Made by a program: the position numbers and the translations under genes. Shown piece after piece: positions 37,810-46,200 of a DNA stretch of 64,000 bases. Under the pieces are notes generated by a model. It worked only from the letters and a program-made list of their open reading frames with translations, did no database searches and was not told where the DNA came from. Source of the stretch: Actinomycetes bacterium (lineage in GTDB: Bacteria; Actinomycetota; Acidimicrobiia; Acidimicrobiales; CADCSY01); the NCBI GenBank assembly GCA_031399525.1, contig JANNOZ010000016.1, positions 2,896 to 66,895 on the forward strand, given 5' to 3'. Within the stretch, counting starts at the first letter, position 1. Each line of letters starts with the position of its first letter.

Positions 37810-38163
37810 CTACCAGTACGAGTTGAACACGACCACCTCGTGCCCACCGTGTTCCCGCAGGTAGGCCTCAGACTCCCTCACTCCTGAGCTCGCAACTATT
37901 CGCTCGGAGAGATCGTCCAAGATCCCAGTGAACATGTGCTCAGGGTCGATGCGATCCTGGCCGAGGCCCCGATAGCGATAGATGATCGAGCCTCGAAGAG
38001 GCGAAGGTCTCGAGGCAGGATACTCCAGCTCAAAGAGCAGGTCGTCGGCATCCATGCGAACGTCGACCAGCATCGCTGTATCAGGATTCCAGTCGATCCC
38101 AGGGCCGTGGTCCCTCGCATACTCCAGAAAGAGTTCGGGCCAGGTTTTGCTTCTCTGAACCAC
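37810..38163 (-). CDS. hypothetical soluble protein (low-G+C island)
   Basis: This is the last roughly 117 codons of track ORF 37810..39342, starting from a GTG at 38163: VVQRSKTWPELFLEYARDHGPGIDWNPDTAMLVDVRMDADDLLFELEYP…EVVVFNSYW. The composition changes sharply at about 38170. Upstream of that point the ORF is antisense to glnE. Confidence 0.45.
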   Translation of the reverse strand: MVQRSKTWPELFLEYARDHGPGIDWNPDTAMLVDVRMDADDLLFELEYPASRPSPLRGSIIYRYRGLGQDRIDPEHMFTGILDDLSERIVASSGVRESEAYLREHGGHEVVVFNSYW

Positions 38164-38316
38164 GGCGGAATCGTACCGTCGGTGGCTCGACCCGGCCGTC
38201 GCCGAGCGGACGGCTGCTCTGCGGGTCAGACTGGGGGTGCGGGCGGAGCGAAGTGGGGCGCGCCCGGGGCCTGACCCGGCGCCGGGCGCGTCGGCCCGCC
38301 CGAGCACACTGGTGGG

Positions 38317-41028
38317 GTGGCGTTCCCCTCGGTGCTCGAAGGCGCAGTCGAAGCGTCCGCCGCGCCCGACGACGTCCGAGTGGCGTTGGCCCGGTTGGGC
38401 GACACCCATCCGGCGCTGGGTGACGAACTGGCCAGCGACGCCGACCTGAAGGCCGCGGTGGTGGGCCTGTGCGCAGCCAGTCGCTCGCTGACCCGCACCC
38501 TGGTCGTCGACCGCCGGGCCCTCGACGTGCTCCGCCACCTCGGCACCCCCGTGGCCGTGGCCGGAGCCGTCGACGAGCACGACCTGGCCCGCCTCAAGCA
38601 CCGAGAGCTCCTGCGTATCGCCGCTCGGGACATCACCGGCACCGACGACCTCCCCGCCACCACCGCCGCCCTCTCCGATCTGGCCGCTGCGGTCCTGGCC
38701 GCCGCCAGTCGATTGGCGGGCGAGGACGCCGAGGCCCTTGCCGTCATCGCCATGGGCAAGCTGGGCGGCGCCGAGCTCAACTACGCCAGCGACATCGACA
38801 TCCTCTTCGTGGCCCCCGACGGCCACGACATCCGCCGGGCCGACACCGCGGCCCGAGAGATCATGCGCATCGCCCGCCGAGGCTTTCGGATCGACGCCAC
38901 CCTGCGCCCCGAGGGCCGCAACGGGGCGCTCACCCGCAGCGTCGCCGCCTACGAGACCTACTGGTCGCGCTGGGCCGAGCCGTGGGAGTTCCAGGCCCTG
39001 CTCAAGGCCCGGCCGGTCGCCGGCAACACCGAGCTGGGCGCCGCCTTCGCCGACGTCGCGGCCGAGCACCTCTGGGCCAAGGCGTTCAGTGCCGACGAGC
39101 TGCGTTCGCTGCGCACCCTCAAGGCCCGAGCCGAAGCCGAGGTGGCCCGGGCCGGACTCGACGGCCGAGAGATCAAGCGCGGCGCCGGCGGCATCCGCGA
39201 CATCGAATTCACCGTGCAGCTCCTCCAACTCGTCCACGGTCGCCACGACCCCGACCTGCGCTCGCCGACCACCCTGGTGACCCTGGCCGAACTGGGGCGG
39301 GCCGGCTACATCGCCAGCGAGGACGCCGCCGACCTCGACCACGCCTACCGCTTCCTACGCACTGTCGAGCACCGCCTCCAGCTGGTCGACGAGCAACAAG
39401 TCCACACCGTGCCCGAGGGGGCCCCGGTCCAAGACCGCATCGCCCGGGGCCTGGGCTACCGATCGGGGGCCGACGCCACCGCCAGAGCCCAGCTGGCCAG
39501 CGCCATCGCCGAGACCCGCTCGACGGTGCGGGCCATCCATCAACGGGTCTACTTCCGGCCCCTCCTCGAAGCCTTCGCCGGCGCCCAAGACCTGGCCGAG
39601 GTGACCATCGAAGACCGCCTCGCGGCGTTCGGGTTCACCGACGCCGAACGGACCCGCCAGGCCGTGGTCGAGCTGACCCGGGGCCTGTCCCGGCGCTCGC
39701 GGCTCATGGCCCAGCTCATGCCGTTGCTGTTGGGTTGGCTGGCCGAGTCACCCGACCCCGACGGCGGCCTGCTGGCCCTGCGCACGCTGGCCTCCGGTGC
39801 CCAGCGCTCGACCGAGCTGGCCCGCACCTTCCGCGAGTCACCCGAGAGCGCCCGACGGCTCTGCACCGTGGTGGGCACCAGTGCCCTGGTCGCCGACATC
39901 CTGGCCCGCAACCCCGACCTGGTCCCGGCCCTGGGCGACGACCGGGCGCTGGGCCGCCGCGACCGGGCCGAACTGGTCGACACCGCCAGCGCCTTGGTGA
40001 GCCGGCGCGACGCCGACCACGTCGACATCGGGCTGCGTCGATTCAAGGAGCGCGAGGTGGCCACCATCGCCGGGCGCGACCTGCTCGGCCGAGCCCGGGT
40101 GGCCGAGACCGGTGCCGATCTGGCCGCAGTGGCTGAGGCGGCGGTGGCCGTCGCGCTGGAGGCAGTCGAGCCAACCGTGCCGTTCGCCGTGGTGGCCATG
40201 GGCCGTTTCGGCGGGGCCGAGCTGTCCTACGCCTCCGACCTCGACCTGTTGTTCGTCTTCGAAGGCGGCGACGGTGCCGATGACGCCGAGGCCGAGCGGG
40301 TGGCCACCTCGTTGCTCCGCCTGGTCACCGGGTCGACCCCGGCCCGACGCATCTTCCAGGTCGACCTCACCCTGCGCCCCGAAGGCCGCCAGGGCGCCTT
40401 GGCCCGCACGGTCGAGGCCTACGAGGCCTACTTCGAACGCTGGGCCGCTGTCTGGGAGCGCCAGGCCATGATCCGGACCCGACCGGTGGCCGGCGACCTG
40501 GCCCTGGGCCAGCGACTCGTCACCGCCCTGCATCCCCGGGTCTGGGACGACCCGCTCACCTCCGACGACGAGCGGGAGATCCGTCGCATCAAGGCCCGCA
40601 TCGAACGAGAGCGGATGCCCCGGGGCGACGACCCGGAGTTCCACCTCAAGCTGGGCCGAGGCTCGCTCTCGGACATCGAGTGGTGCGCCCAGCTCTTGCA
40701 GCTCCGGCACCGAGTCGAGACGCCGGCGACCCTCACCGCCCTCGAACGCCTGGTCGAAGGTGGCCACCTCGACGGGGAGGACGCCCGGGTGCTGAGCGAG
40801 GCCTACCGGTTCTGCGAGCACGCCCGCAACCGCCTCTACCTGGTGCAGGGCCGCCCGGCCGGCTCACTGCCCCCCAACCCCGACGTGCTCGCCGTGCTGG
40901 CCCGCTCACTCGAGATGACCCCAGCCGGTCTGCGCGAGCACTACCGGCGACTGACCCGGCGCTCGCGCAACGTGTTCGAGCGCCTCTTCTACGGACGCGA
41001 CGACGGCCCGCCGGGTTCGCCGACCTGA
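38317..41028 (+). CDS. glnE: bifunctional glutamine synthetase adenylyltransferase/adenylyl-removing enzyme
   Basis: 903-aa ORF with two nucleotidyltransferase repeats (GKLGGAELNYASDIDILFV and GRFGGAELSYASDLDLLFV), each followed by an RLRPEG-type segment. Confidence 0.92.
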   Translation: MAFPSVLEGAVEASAAPDDVRVALARLGDTHPALGDELASDADLKAAVVGLCAASRSLTRTLVVDRRALDVLRHLGTPVAVAGAVDEHDLARLKHRELLRIAARDITGTDDLPATTAALSDLAAAVLAAASRLAGEDAEALAVIAMGKLGGAELNYASDIDILFVAPDGHDIRRADTAAREIMRIARRGFRIDATLRPEGRNGALTRSVAAYETYWSRWAEPWEFQALLKARPVAGNTELGAAFADVAAEHLWAKAFSADELRSLRTLKARAEAEVARAGLDGREIKRGAGGIRDIEFTVQLLQLVHGRHDPDLRSPTTLVTLAELGRAGYIASEDAADLDHAYRFLRTVEHRLQLVDEQQVHTVPEGAPVQDRIARGLGYRSGADATARAQLASAIAETRSTVRAIHQRVYFRPLLEAFAGAQDLAEVTIEDRLAAFGFTDAERTRQAVVELTRGLSRRSRLMAQLMPLLLGWLAESPDPDGGLLALRTLASGAQRSTELARTFRESPESARRLCTVVGTSALVADILARNPDLVPALGDDRALGRRDRAELVDTASALVSRRDADHVDIGLRRFKEREVATIAGRDLLGRARVAETGADLAAVAEAAVAVALEAVEPTVPFAVVAMGRFGGAELSYASDLDLLFVFEGGDGADDAEAERVATSLLRLVTGSTPARRIFQVDLTLRPEGRQGALARTVEAYEAYFERWAAVWERQAMIRTRPVAGDLALGQRLVTALHPRVWDDPLTSDDEREIRRIKARIERERMPRGDDPEFHLKLGRGSLSDIEWCAQLLQLRHRVETPATLTALERLVEGGHLDGEDARVLSEAYRFCEHARNRLYLVQGRPAGSLPPNPDVLAVLARSLEMTPAGLREHYRRLTRRSRNVFERLFYGRDDGPPGSPT

Positions 41029-41049
41029 GCTGTCGACGAAGATGGGGTC

Positions 41050-41499
41050 ATGACCGAGTCCGACGAGGCCCCGGGCACACGGGGGGAGCGAGCCGGGTCG
41101 CTACGCACACCCGACGGGATCGTCGTCCCCGCCGCCGCACTGCACTGGCGATTCACTCGTTCGTCCGGAGCCGGCGGCCAGCACGTCAACACCTCAGACA
41201 CCAAGGTCACCCTGACCCTGGTCGTGGCTGATGCCGATCTCCCCGATGCGGTGGCCGCCCGACTCGTCGCCCGTCACGGGGCGACGGTGCACGTGACCGA
41301 GTCGTCCACCCGCTCGCAGTGGCGCAACCGCCAGCGGGCCAGTGAACGCCTCGGCGACCTCATCGACCAGGCCGCCAAGCCCAACCGACCCCGCCGGGCG
41401 ACGAGGGTGACCAAGGGTTCGATCGAACGCCGCCTGGCCTCCAAGCGCCGCCAGAGCGAACGCAAGGCCGACCGCCGCGCGGTCGGACCCGACGACTGA
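41050..41499 (+). CDS. arfB: alternative ribosome-rescue factor ArfB (peptidyl-tRNA hydrolase, GGQ)
   Basis: 149-aa ORF with RSSGAGGQHVNTSDTKV (GGQ motif) and a basic C-terminal tail KRRQSERKADRR. Confidence 0.85.
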   Translation: MTESDEAPGTRGERAGSLRTPDGIVVPAAALHWRFTRSSGAGGQHVNTSDTKVTLTLVVADADLPDAVAARLVARHGATVHVTESSTRSQWRNRQRASERLGDLIDQAAKPNRPRRATRVTKGSIERRLASKRRQSERKADRRAVGPDD

Positions 41500-41528
41500 G
41501 CCGTTTCGGCACAACTCGGATGCGACGG

Positions 41529-42680
41529 CTAGGCCGGGGTGGGATCGCCCTCGGGCTCGGGGAACCGAGGCATGACCTCGGTGGCGAAGAGCTCGAGGCC
41601 TCGCATGACCGTCTTGTGGTCGACCTCGCCCCAGGCGAAGCCGATGTTGAGGTTGCGCACACCCGAATCGACGTGCTCCTGCACTAGGGCGGCGACCCCG
41701 TCGGGGTCGCCCCACATGCCCATACGGCCAGGCGACGCGCCCGGACCGCCAGGACCACCGGGGCTGGGAGGACCACCTTGCCCGCCACCGCCACCTTCTC
41801 GGGGAGCGGCCGCGCCCGGGCCGGAGGGCCGGAACATCTGGGTCGGGTCCTCGCCGGGGTAGTAGTTGGCCATGAGCTCGCCCTGGCGGGCTGCCCACTC
41901 GCCGAGGCGGGCGAAGGGACCGGCCACGTTGGCCATGGCCTCCTCGGTCGTGTCGGCGACGTGCACCGCGGTCGGGGTGGTGTTCCACTCCATCGCCAGC
42001 TTGATGCGCTCCTCGGAATGTCCGGCGTCGCGCAGCATCTGCTCGTAGCCGGCCAAGCGAGCCTGGATGGCCTCGCTGTCCGGGCCACTGACGAACAGGG
42101 AGTAGCCGCGGGCGGCGTAGAGCGGCAGCTTCTCGGGGGCGAAGCCGACGCGCATCACATGCGGGTGCGGCGTGCGGTAGGGCCCAGGCGAGACGCGCTG
42201 GAGGACTCGACCCGAGTAGAGCGTGGTCTTGATGTCGAGGGGCTCGCCGTCGTCCTCTTTGTCCCACAGCTCGTGGACGGCATCCATCTGCTCGTCGGTG
42301 ACCTCATGGGCCGTCTGGATGCGCATGCCGTAGCCGGCGAACTCGCCGGGGATGCCGCCGGCGCCGACGCCCAGGATGTAGCGACCGTTCATCAGCTGGT
42401 CGAGGAGGTTGGCCTCCTCGGCGATGCGGGCCGGGTGGTAGAGGGCCGGGATGACCACAGCCGAGGAGAGGTAGGCGTTCTTGAACTGACCACCGAGCCA
42501 GGCGCCGAACACCAGCGGAGAGCTGAACGTGTTGTAGCCCGAGAAGTGGTGCTCGGACAGCAGCACCGAGGCGAACCCCAGCTCGTCGGCGTAAAGCGCT
42601 TGTTCGATGGTCTCGTCGAGAATGCGCTTGTCGTTCTCGCGCGAGAGGCTGGTCGGGTTGAGGAACATCGAGAACTTCAT
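41529..42680 (-). CDS. LLM-class (luciferase-like) flavin-dependent oxidoreductase with a Gly/Pro-rich insertion
   Basis: 383-aa ORF. MKFSMFLNP…ADELGFASVLLSEHHF…RYILGVGAG is the LLM signature. Residues about 285-318 (41727-41828) form a PSGPGAAAPREGGGGGQGGPPSPGGPGGPGASPG tract. Confidence 0.8.
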   Translation of the reverse strand: MKFSMFLNPTSLSRENDKRILDETIEQALYADELGFASVLLSEHHFSGYNTFSSPLVFGAWLGGQFKNAYLSSAVVIPALYHPARIAEEANLLDQLMNGRYILGVGAGGIPGEFAGYGMRIQTAHEVTDEQMDAVHELWDKEDDGEPLDIKTTLYSGRVLQRVSPGPYRTPHPHVMRVGFAPEKLPLYAARGYSLFVSGPDSEAIQARLAGYEQMLRDAGHSEERIKLAMEWNTTPTAVHVADTTEEAMANVAGPFARLGEWAARQGELMANYYPGEDPTQMFRPSGPGAAAPREGGGGGQGGPPSPGGPGGPGASPGRMGMWGDPDGVAALVQEHVDSGVRNLNIGFAWGEVDHKTVMRGLELFATEVMPRFPEPEGDPTPA

Positions 42681-42731
42681 GGCCGGGCACCGTAGGACAG
42701 CTCGTCACGGCGAGCAACGGTTGGTAACGAT

Positions 42732-43325
42732 TTAGGAATGGGGGTCCGAGAACCCCTCGCCGGTGGCGATCGACGACCACACCAACTCGACGACGGGCCG
42801 AGCGACCGCGTTGAGATCATCGGACCCACCGAGCGCGACCCGGTTCCCGAGCCACATGACCACGCCCTGGACCAGGTCGGCGAACGCCTCGACATCGACA
42901 TCGGCCCGGGCCGATCCGTCGGCCACGGCCTGGGCCACCAGCGTGCGCAAGATGTCGCGCTCGGGTTCGATGAACTGGTCGGCGAAGCGCTCGGCCAGGA
43001 CCGGGTCTGGACGCGATACCGATGCCGCGCCGCTCAGTCCCCCTTGTCGAGCCAACTGCACCACGAACGCCTCGAGGCCCTCGCGGGCCCGGGGCAACTC
43101 AACAGGAAGCCGACGGGGCAGGCGGGTCAGCACGTCGACGAGCAACGCATCCTTCGACGGCCATCGCGTGTAGAGGCTGGTCCGGCTCACCTGAGCCTCG
43201 ACGATGATCTCGTCCATGGTTACCGCCCCGAGGCCCTTGGCGGCGATCAGGCGGGCCGCCGCGTCGAGCACGCGACGATCGATGTCACGGTCGACCGGAC
43301 GTCCAATACGAGGGGACTCGCTCAC
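42732..43325 (-). CDS. TetR/AcrR-family transcriptional regulator
   Basis: 197-aa ORF with an N-terminal HTH, VTMDEIIVEAQVSRTSLYTRWPSKDALL. Confidence 0.85.
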   Translation of the reverse strand: MSESPRIGRPVDRDIDRRVLDAAARLIAAKGLGAVTMDEIIVEAQVSRTSLYTRWPSKDALLVDVLTRLPRRLPVELPRAREGLEAFVVQLARQGGLSGAASVSRPDPVLAERFADQFIEPERDILRTLVAQAVADGSARADVDVEAFADLVQGVVMWLGNRVALGGSDDLNAVARPVVELVWSSIATGEGFSDPHS

Positions 43326-43328
43326 CGA

Positions 43329-44363
43329 CTACAGCGTGGCAGTAAGAGTCCCGTGCACGAGGACCCGCAGCGTGGAGTCGATGCAGGTCTGCAACAAGAT
43401 GACCGAGGCCGTCGGATCGGTTCCGTACACGGCAGCGTCTCCCGGATAGAGACCCGTGACCTCAATCGAGGTGACGGTGTAGACGTACGTGTGTTGATCC
43501 GTCGTCACCCGGATCTCGGCGCCGACCGCCACATCTGGTAGCGATCGGAACGGACCACCGTGGGTTTCCCGGTGGGCCGCCAGCCAATAGGTGCCCACGG
43601 AACCCGCTGAAACGGGTTCCTCCCACCCCGGTGCCGAGTAGTGCGCAACGACACCTTGATCAATGACGGATTGGCCGCCCGCGATGATGGGCAGGTTGAT
43701 GCCCAGGCTGGCGATCGTCACGGTGGCCTCGACCCCGGCTGGCAGCTCGGCGACCGTCGACTCCGGCGTCGGTGCCACGACGGTGGCCTCAACTGGCGCC
43801 ACGGTGGCGGCCGCTGGCGCCTCCGAGGGGGCAGGTTCCGAGGGGGCCGGCGCCGCGGTGACCGGTTCGAGGTAGTCGGTTGCCGAGGTCGGCGTAGCTT
43901 GGACCTCGCTGACGGACGATTCGCGATCGCGAGCGAACGGCAAGGTCGACGCGCCGGCGACGGGCACTCCGGCCATACCCACTGTCAGGGCGAGAGCTGC
44001 CAGCAACAGGCGACGGCCACGTCGTGCGGTCCTCGTGGAACACGCAGTCGCAACGACCAGACGGCGCTCGATCTCGGCGCTGTCGGTGCCGAGGATGGCG
44101 ACGAGAACCGCTACGTCTGCCTGACGGAGCCGCATCGCGACCCGCTGCGTTCCACCTCTCCAGCCTCGGATCAGGCCGAGGTAGCACTGGAGTATCTCCT
44201 CGTCGGTCGATCCGACGAGGAGACCAGGATCGAGCTCCGGCCGCAACCGTCGCTCCGGTTGCAGACCCTGGCCGCTGGCGGTCCCGACGTCGCCGTCATC
44301 TCGCCATGGCCAGGGCAGGTCCTCGACGCCCTCAGGCGCCACGAGGGCTACGCCGCTCGACAC
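43329..44363 (-). CDS. sortase-family transpeptidase (class E/F-like), membrane anchored
   Basis: The C-terminal domain has the conserved His (WLAAHRETHGGPF), the catalytic TC (ILLQTCIDS) and an Arg (LRVLVHG). It follows a TM anchor (RRGRRLLLAALALTVGMAGVPVAGA) and a Pro/Ala linker. The start is uncertain. The longest ORF starts at 44363 and overlaps the upstream gene by 32 nt, and an ATG at 44135 is an alternative. Confidence 0.75.
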   Translation of the reverse strand: MSSGVALVAPEGVEDLPWPWRDDGDVGTASGQGLQPERRLRPELDPGLLVGSTDEEILQCYLGLIRGWRGGTQRVAMRLRQADVAVLVAILGTDSAEIERRLVVATACSTRTARRGRRLLLAALALTVGMAGVPVAGASTLPFARDRESSVSEVQATPTSATDYLEPVTAAPAPSEPAPSEAPAAATVAPVEATVVAPTPESTVAELPAGVEATVTIASLGINLPIIAGGQSVIDQGVVAHYSAPGWEEPVSAGSVGTYWLAAHRETHGGPFRSLPDVAVGAEIRVTTDQHTYVYTVTSIEVTGLYPGDAAVYGTDPTASVILLQTCIDSTLRVLVHGTLTATL

Positions 44364-45324
44364 CGAACCTCGAAATCCCGCTGAGCAGGACGCCGGCGGT
44401 CAGGACGAGGGCGCCAGTGAGCGCGATCCACGGGTTCGAGCCGGTGAACGGCAGTGCCGGTCGCCCGGTCGACGGCACGGTGGCACCGGTCAGGCCAACC
44501 CCGCTACCAGGCGCCGACGCGTCGGGAGTCGCACCAGAGGCGGATCCTTCCGGGCTACCAGACGTCGAGCCTGGAGCGGTGGTCGTGGCTGTGCCGCCCC
44601 CGCCACCGGTGGTCGTGGTGGTCGGGCCAGCAGAGGCGCAGACCGAGCTCGTGATGGTGTTGGTGTCAAGCGTGACGGCGCCGTCTCGGGCCAGGAGCCG
44701 GCCCTCGAAGGTGGCGCCGGTCTGGGCCGTGATCGAGACGTAGGCGAGCACGGTCCCGACGAACGCGGTGCCGGTGCCGAAGGTGGCGGAGCTGCCCACC
44801 TGCCAGACGACGTTGCAGGGGTTGGCCCCATTGATGAAGAGCACGGTGCTGTTCGACGCCGTGATCAGGGTGGAGCCGGCCTGGAAGACGAACTCCGAGT
44901 TGGGGTCACCGAGCCCGTCGAGGGTGAGGGTGCCGGTGAGGCCAAAGGTCGGCGACGTGTACACGCCGGGGAGCTTGGTCGTGCCGCCCAGCTCCACCGG
45001 TACGGAGGTGGCCGGCCCACGTCCTGCTGCATCGTTGTAAGCGGTCACCAGATCGTCTTTGGCGCCCTGGGTGACCGCGTCCCCAGCGTGGTTCGTCCCA
45101 TTGAGGGTCACGCTCGAGAAGCCCGTCTGGGACGTCGTCGGGAAGGTCCCGACGTCGCCCGTGATCGTGGTCGGGCCGGTGTTGGTGATCCCCGACCCGG
45201 CCAGCACAGCAAAGCTGCCGGCCGTGCCCAGGCCGACGGGGGCCGCGTGCGCCGGGGCGATAGCCATTACCGCAAGGATGCCGAGAAGGCCCGTCGCCAT
45301 CAGCGCCCCCGCAGTTCGGCGCAT
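44332..45324 (-). CDS. secreted DUF3494 (ice-binding-like beta-solenoid) protein with C-terminal LPFTG cell-wall sorting signal
   Basis: Signal peptide MRRTAGALMATGLLGILAVMAIAPAHA. The DUF3494 N-terminal signature is APVGLGTAGSFAVLAGSGITNTGPTTITGDVGTFP. A Thr/Gly/Ser linker is followed by LPFTG, a hydrophobic helix and a basic tail (RFGVERRSPRGA). An alternative ATG lies at 45387. Confidence 0.75.
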   Translation of the reverse strand: MRRTAGALMATGLLGILAVMAIAPAHAAPVGLGTAGSFAVLAGSGITNTGPTTITGDVGTFPTTSQTGFSSVTLNGTNHAGDAVTQGAKDDLVTAYNDAAGRGPATSVPVELGGTTKLPGVYTSPTFGLTGTLTLDGLGDPNSEFVFQAGSTLITASNSTVLFINGANPCNVVWQVGSSATFGTGTAFVGTVLAYVSITAQTGATFEGRLLARDGAVTLDTNTITSSVCASAGPTTTTTGGGGGTATTTAPGSTSGSPEGSASGATPDASAPGSGVGLTGATVPSTGRPALPFTGSNPWIALTGALVLTAGVLLSGISRFGVERRSPRGA

Positions 45325-45494
45325 CGAGGGGCGTCGGCGCGTAGGCGGGTCGACGGAGTCGGAACTCAGAACGCGGTGCAATGCCATGACGGTCCTCGGG
45401 GTCGGAGGTGGCGTCGAGCCTGCACGGGGCGACAATCGTGAAAGACGATCGTCCTGCCCAAACCAAGCGTCCCTCGGTGTAGCCATTTCATCGA

Positions 45495-45513
45495 CAGTTC
45501 GACTCCCGAACTG
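45495..45513. promoter_or_regulatory. 7-5-7 palindrome in the TetR to DUF3494 intergenic region (candidate operator)
   Basis: CAGTTCG-actcc-CGAACTG lies in a visibly A/T-richer spacer upstream of the DUF3494 gene and downstream of the TetR gene that ends at 45568. Confidence 0.3.
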
Positions 45514-45567
45514 AAGGCGAACATTCTCGTCCTCGATGGGACGCACCCGCGGTTCTCTTCCGGTTGA

Positions 45568-46200
45568 TCAGCTCGCGGTCACCGTGACGGCGGGTGAGCG
45601 CTTCGACCCGGCCCGGGACGCGCCCTCGGGCCCGAAGGCCTCGAGCACGGCGAGGAGGAACAGGGGCACCGAGCGGTCGAGCGGGGTGGTCGAAGGTCCC
45701 ATCACGTTGCGGGCGACGATTCCGAGGACGCCGTCGGTGATCATGGATGCCAGCTCCTCTGGGCTGTAGCCGTCAGGCGCAACCAAGTCACCGCGTTCGG
45801 CGGCAGCCAGGACGATCTCGGCCATCTGGTCAGGGAAGTCCATTTGGGACTCGACGGCGCTCGGTGTGATGCCCAACGCGGTCGACCGAGCCATGGCCGT
45901 GTCGTAGTAGCCCCGCCAGTGGTAGTCACCAGTGTTCTGGAGCCAGGTAATGAGCTGTTCGAGCCGCTCGAGAGGAGACCCGTCCTCGGGCCCCAAGGCG
46001 TTGCGCTCTTCGCGCACCAGCGCATCGAAGTGCTCGAGCGTGGCCCGGCAGAGCTCCTCCTTGTTGCCGAAGAAGTGGTAGATCGAACTGGTGCCAGTGT
46101 CGGCGAGGGCGGCTACGTCGCGCACGGTCAGGTCGTCGTAGCCCTTGTCAGCCAGCACGCGCAGCGTGGCGACGAGGAGCCGATCACGGGAAGCCGCCAT
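45568..46200 (-). CDS. TetR/AcrR-family transcriptional regulator
   Basis: 210-aa ORF with an HTH, LTVRDVAALADTGTSSIYHFFGNKEEL. Confidence 0.85.
   Translation of the reverse strand: MAASRDRLLVATLRVLADKGYDDLTVRDVAALADTGTSSIYHFFGNKEELCRATLEHFDALVREERNALGPEDGSPLERLEQLITWLQNTGDYHWRGYYDTAMARSTALGITPSAVESQMDFPDQMAEIVLAAAERGDLVAPDGYSPEELASMITDGVLGIVARNVMGPSTTPLDRSVPLFLLAVLEAFGPEGASRAGSKRSPAVTVTAS

Noticed and set aside
37486-37887. ORFs 37570..37806 (-) 78 aa and 37612..37887 (+) 91 aa in the low-G+C island
   Set aside because: I translated all three minus-strand frames by hand. The products are Arg/Ser/Cys-rich with no hydrophobic core or motif, and the two ORFs overlap each other on opposite strands. 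I treated the region as non-coding or degenerate, but a small gene or ncRNA cannot be excluded.
38164-39342. Upstream two-thirds of the 510-aa ORF 37810..39342 (-)
   Set aside because: This part is antisense to glnE and has glnE-like G+C. Only the last roughly 117 codons, inside the low-G+C island, look like a real gene.
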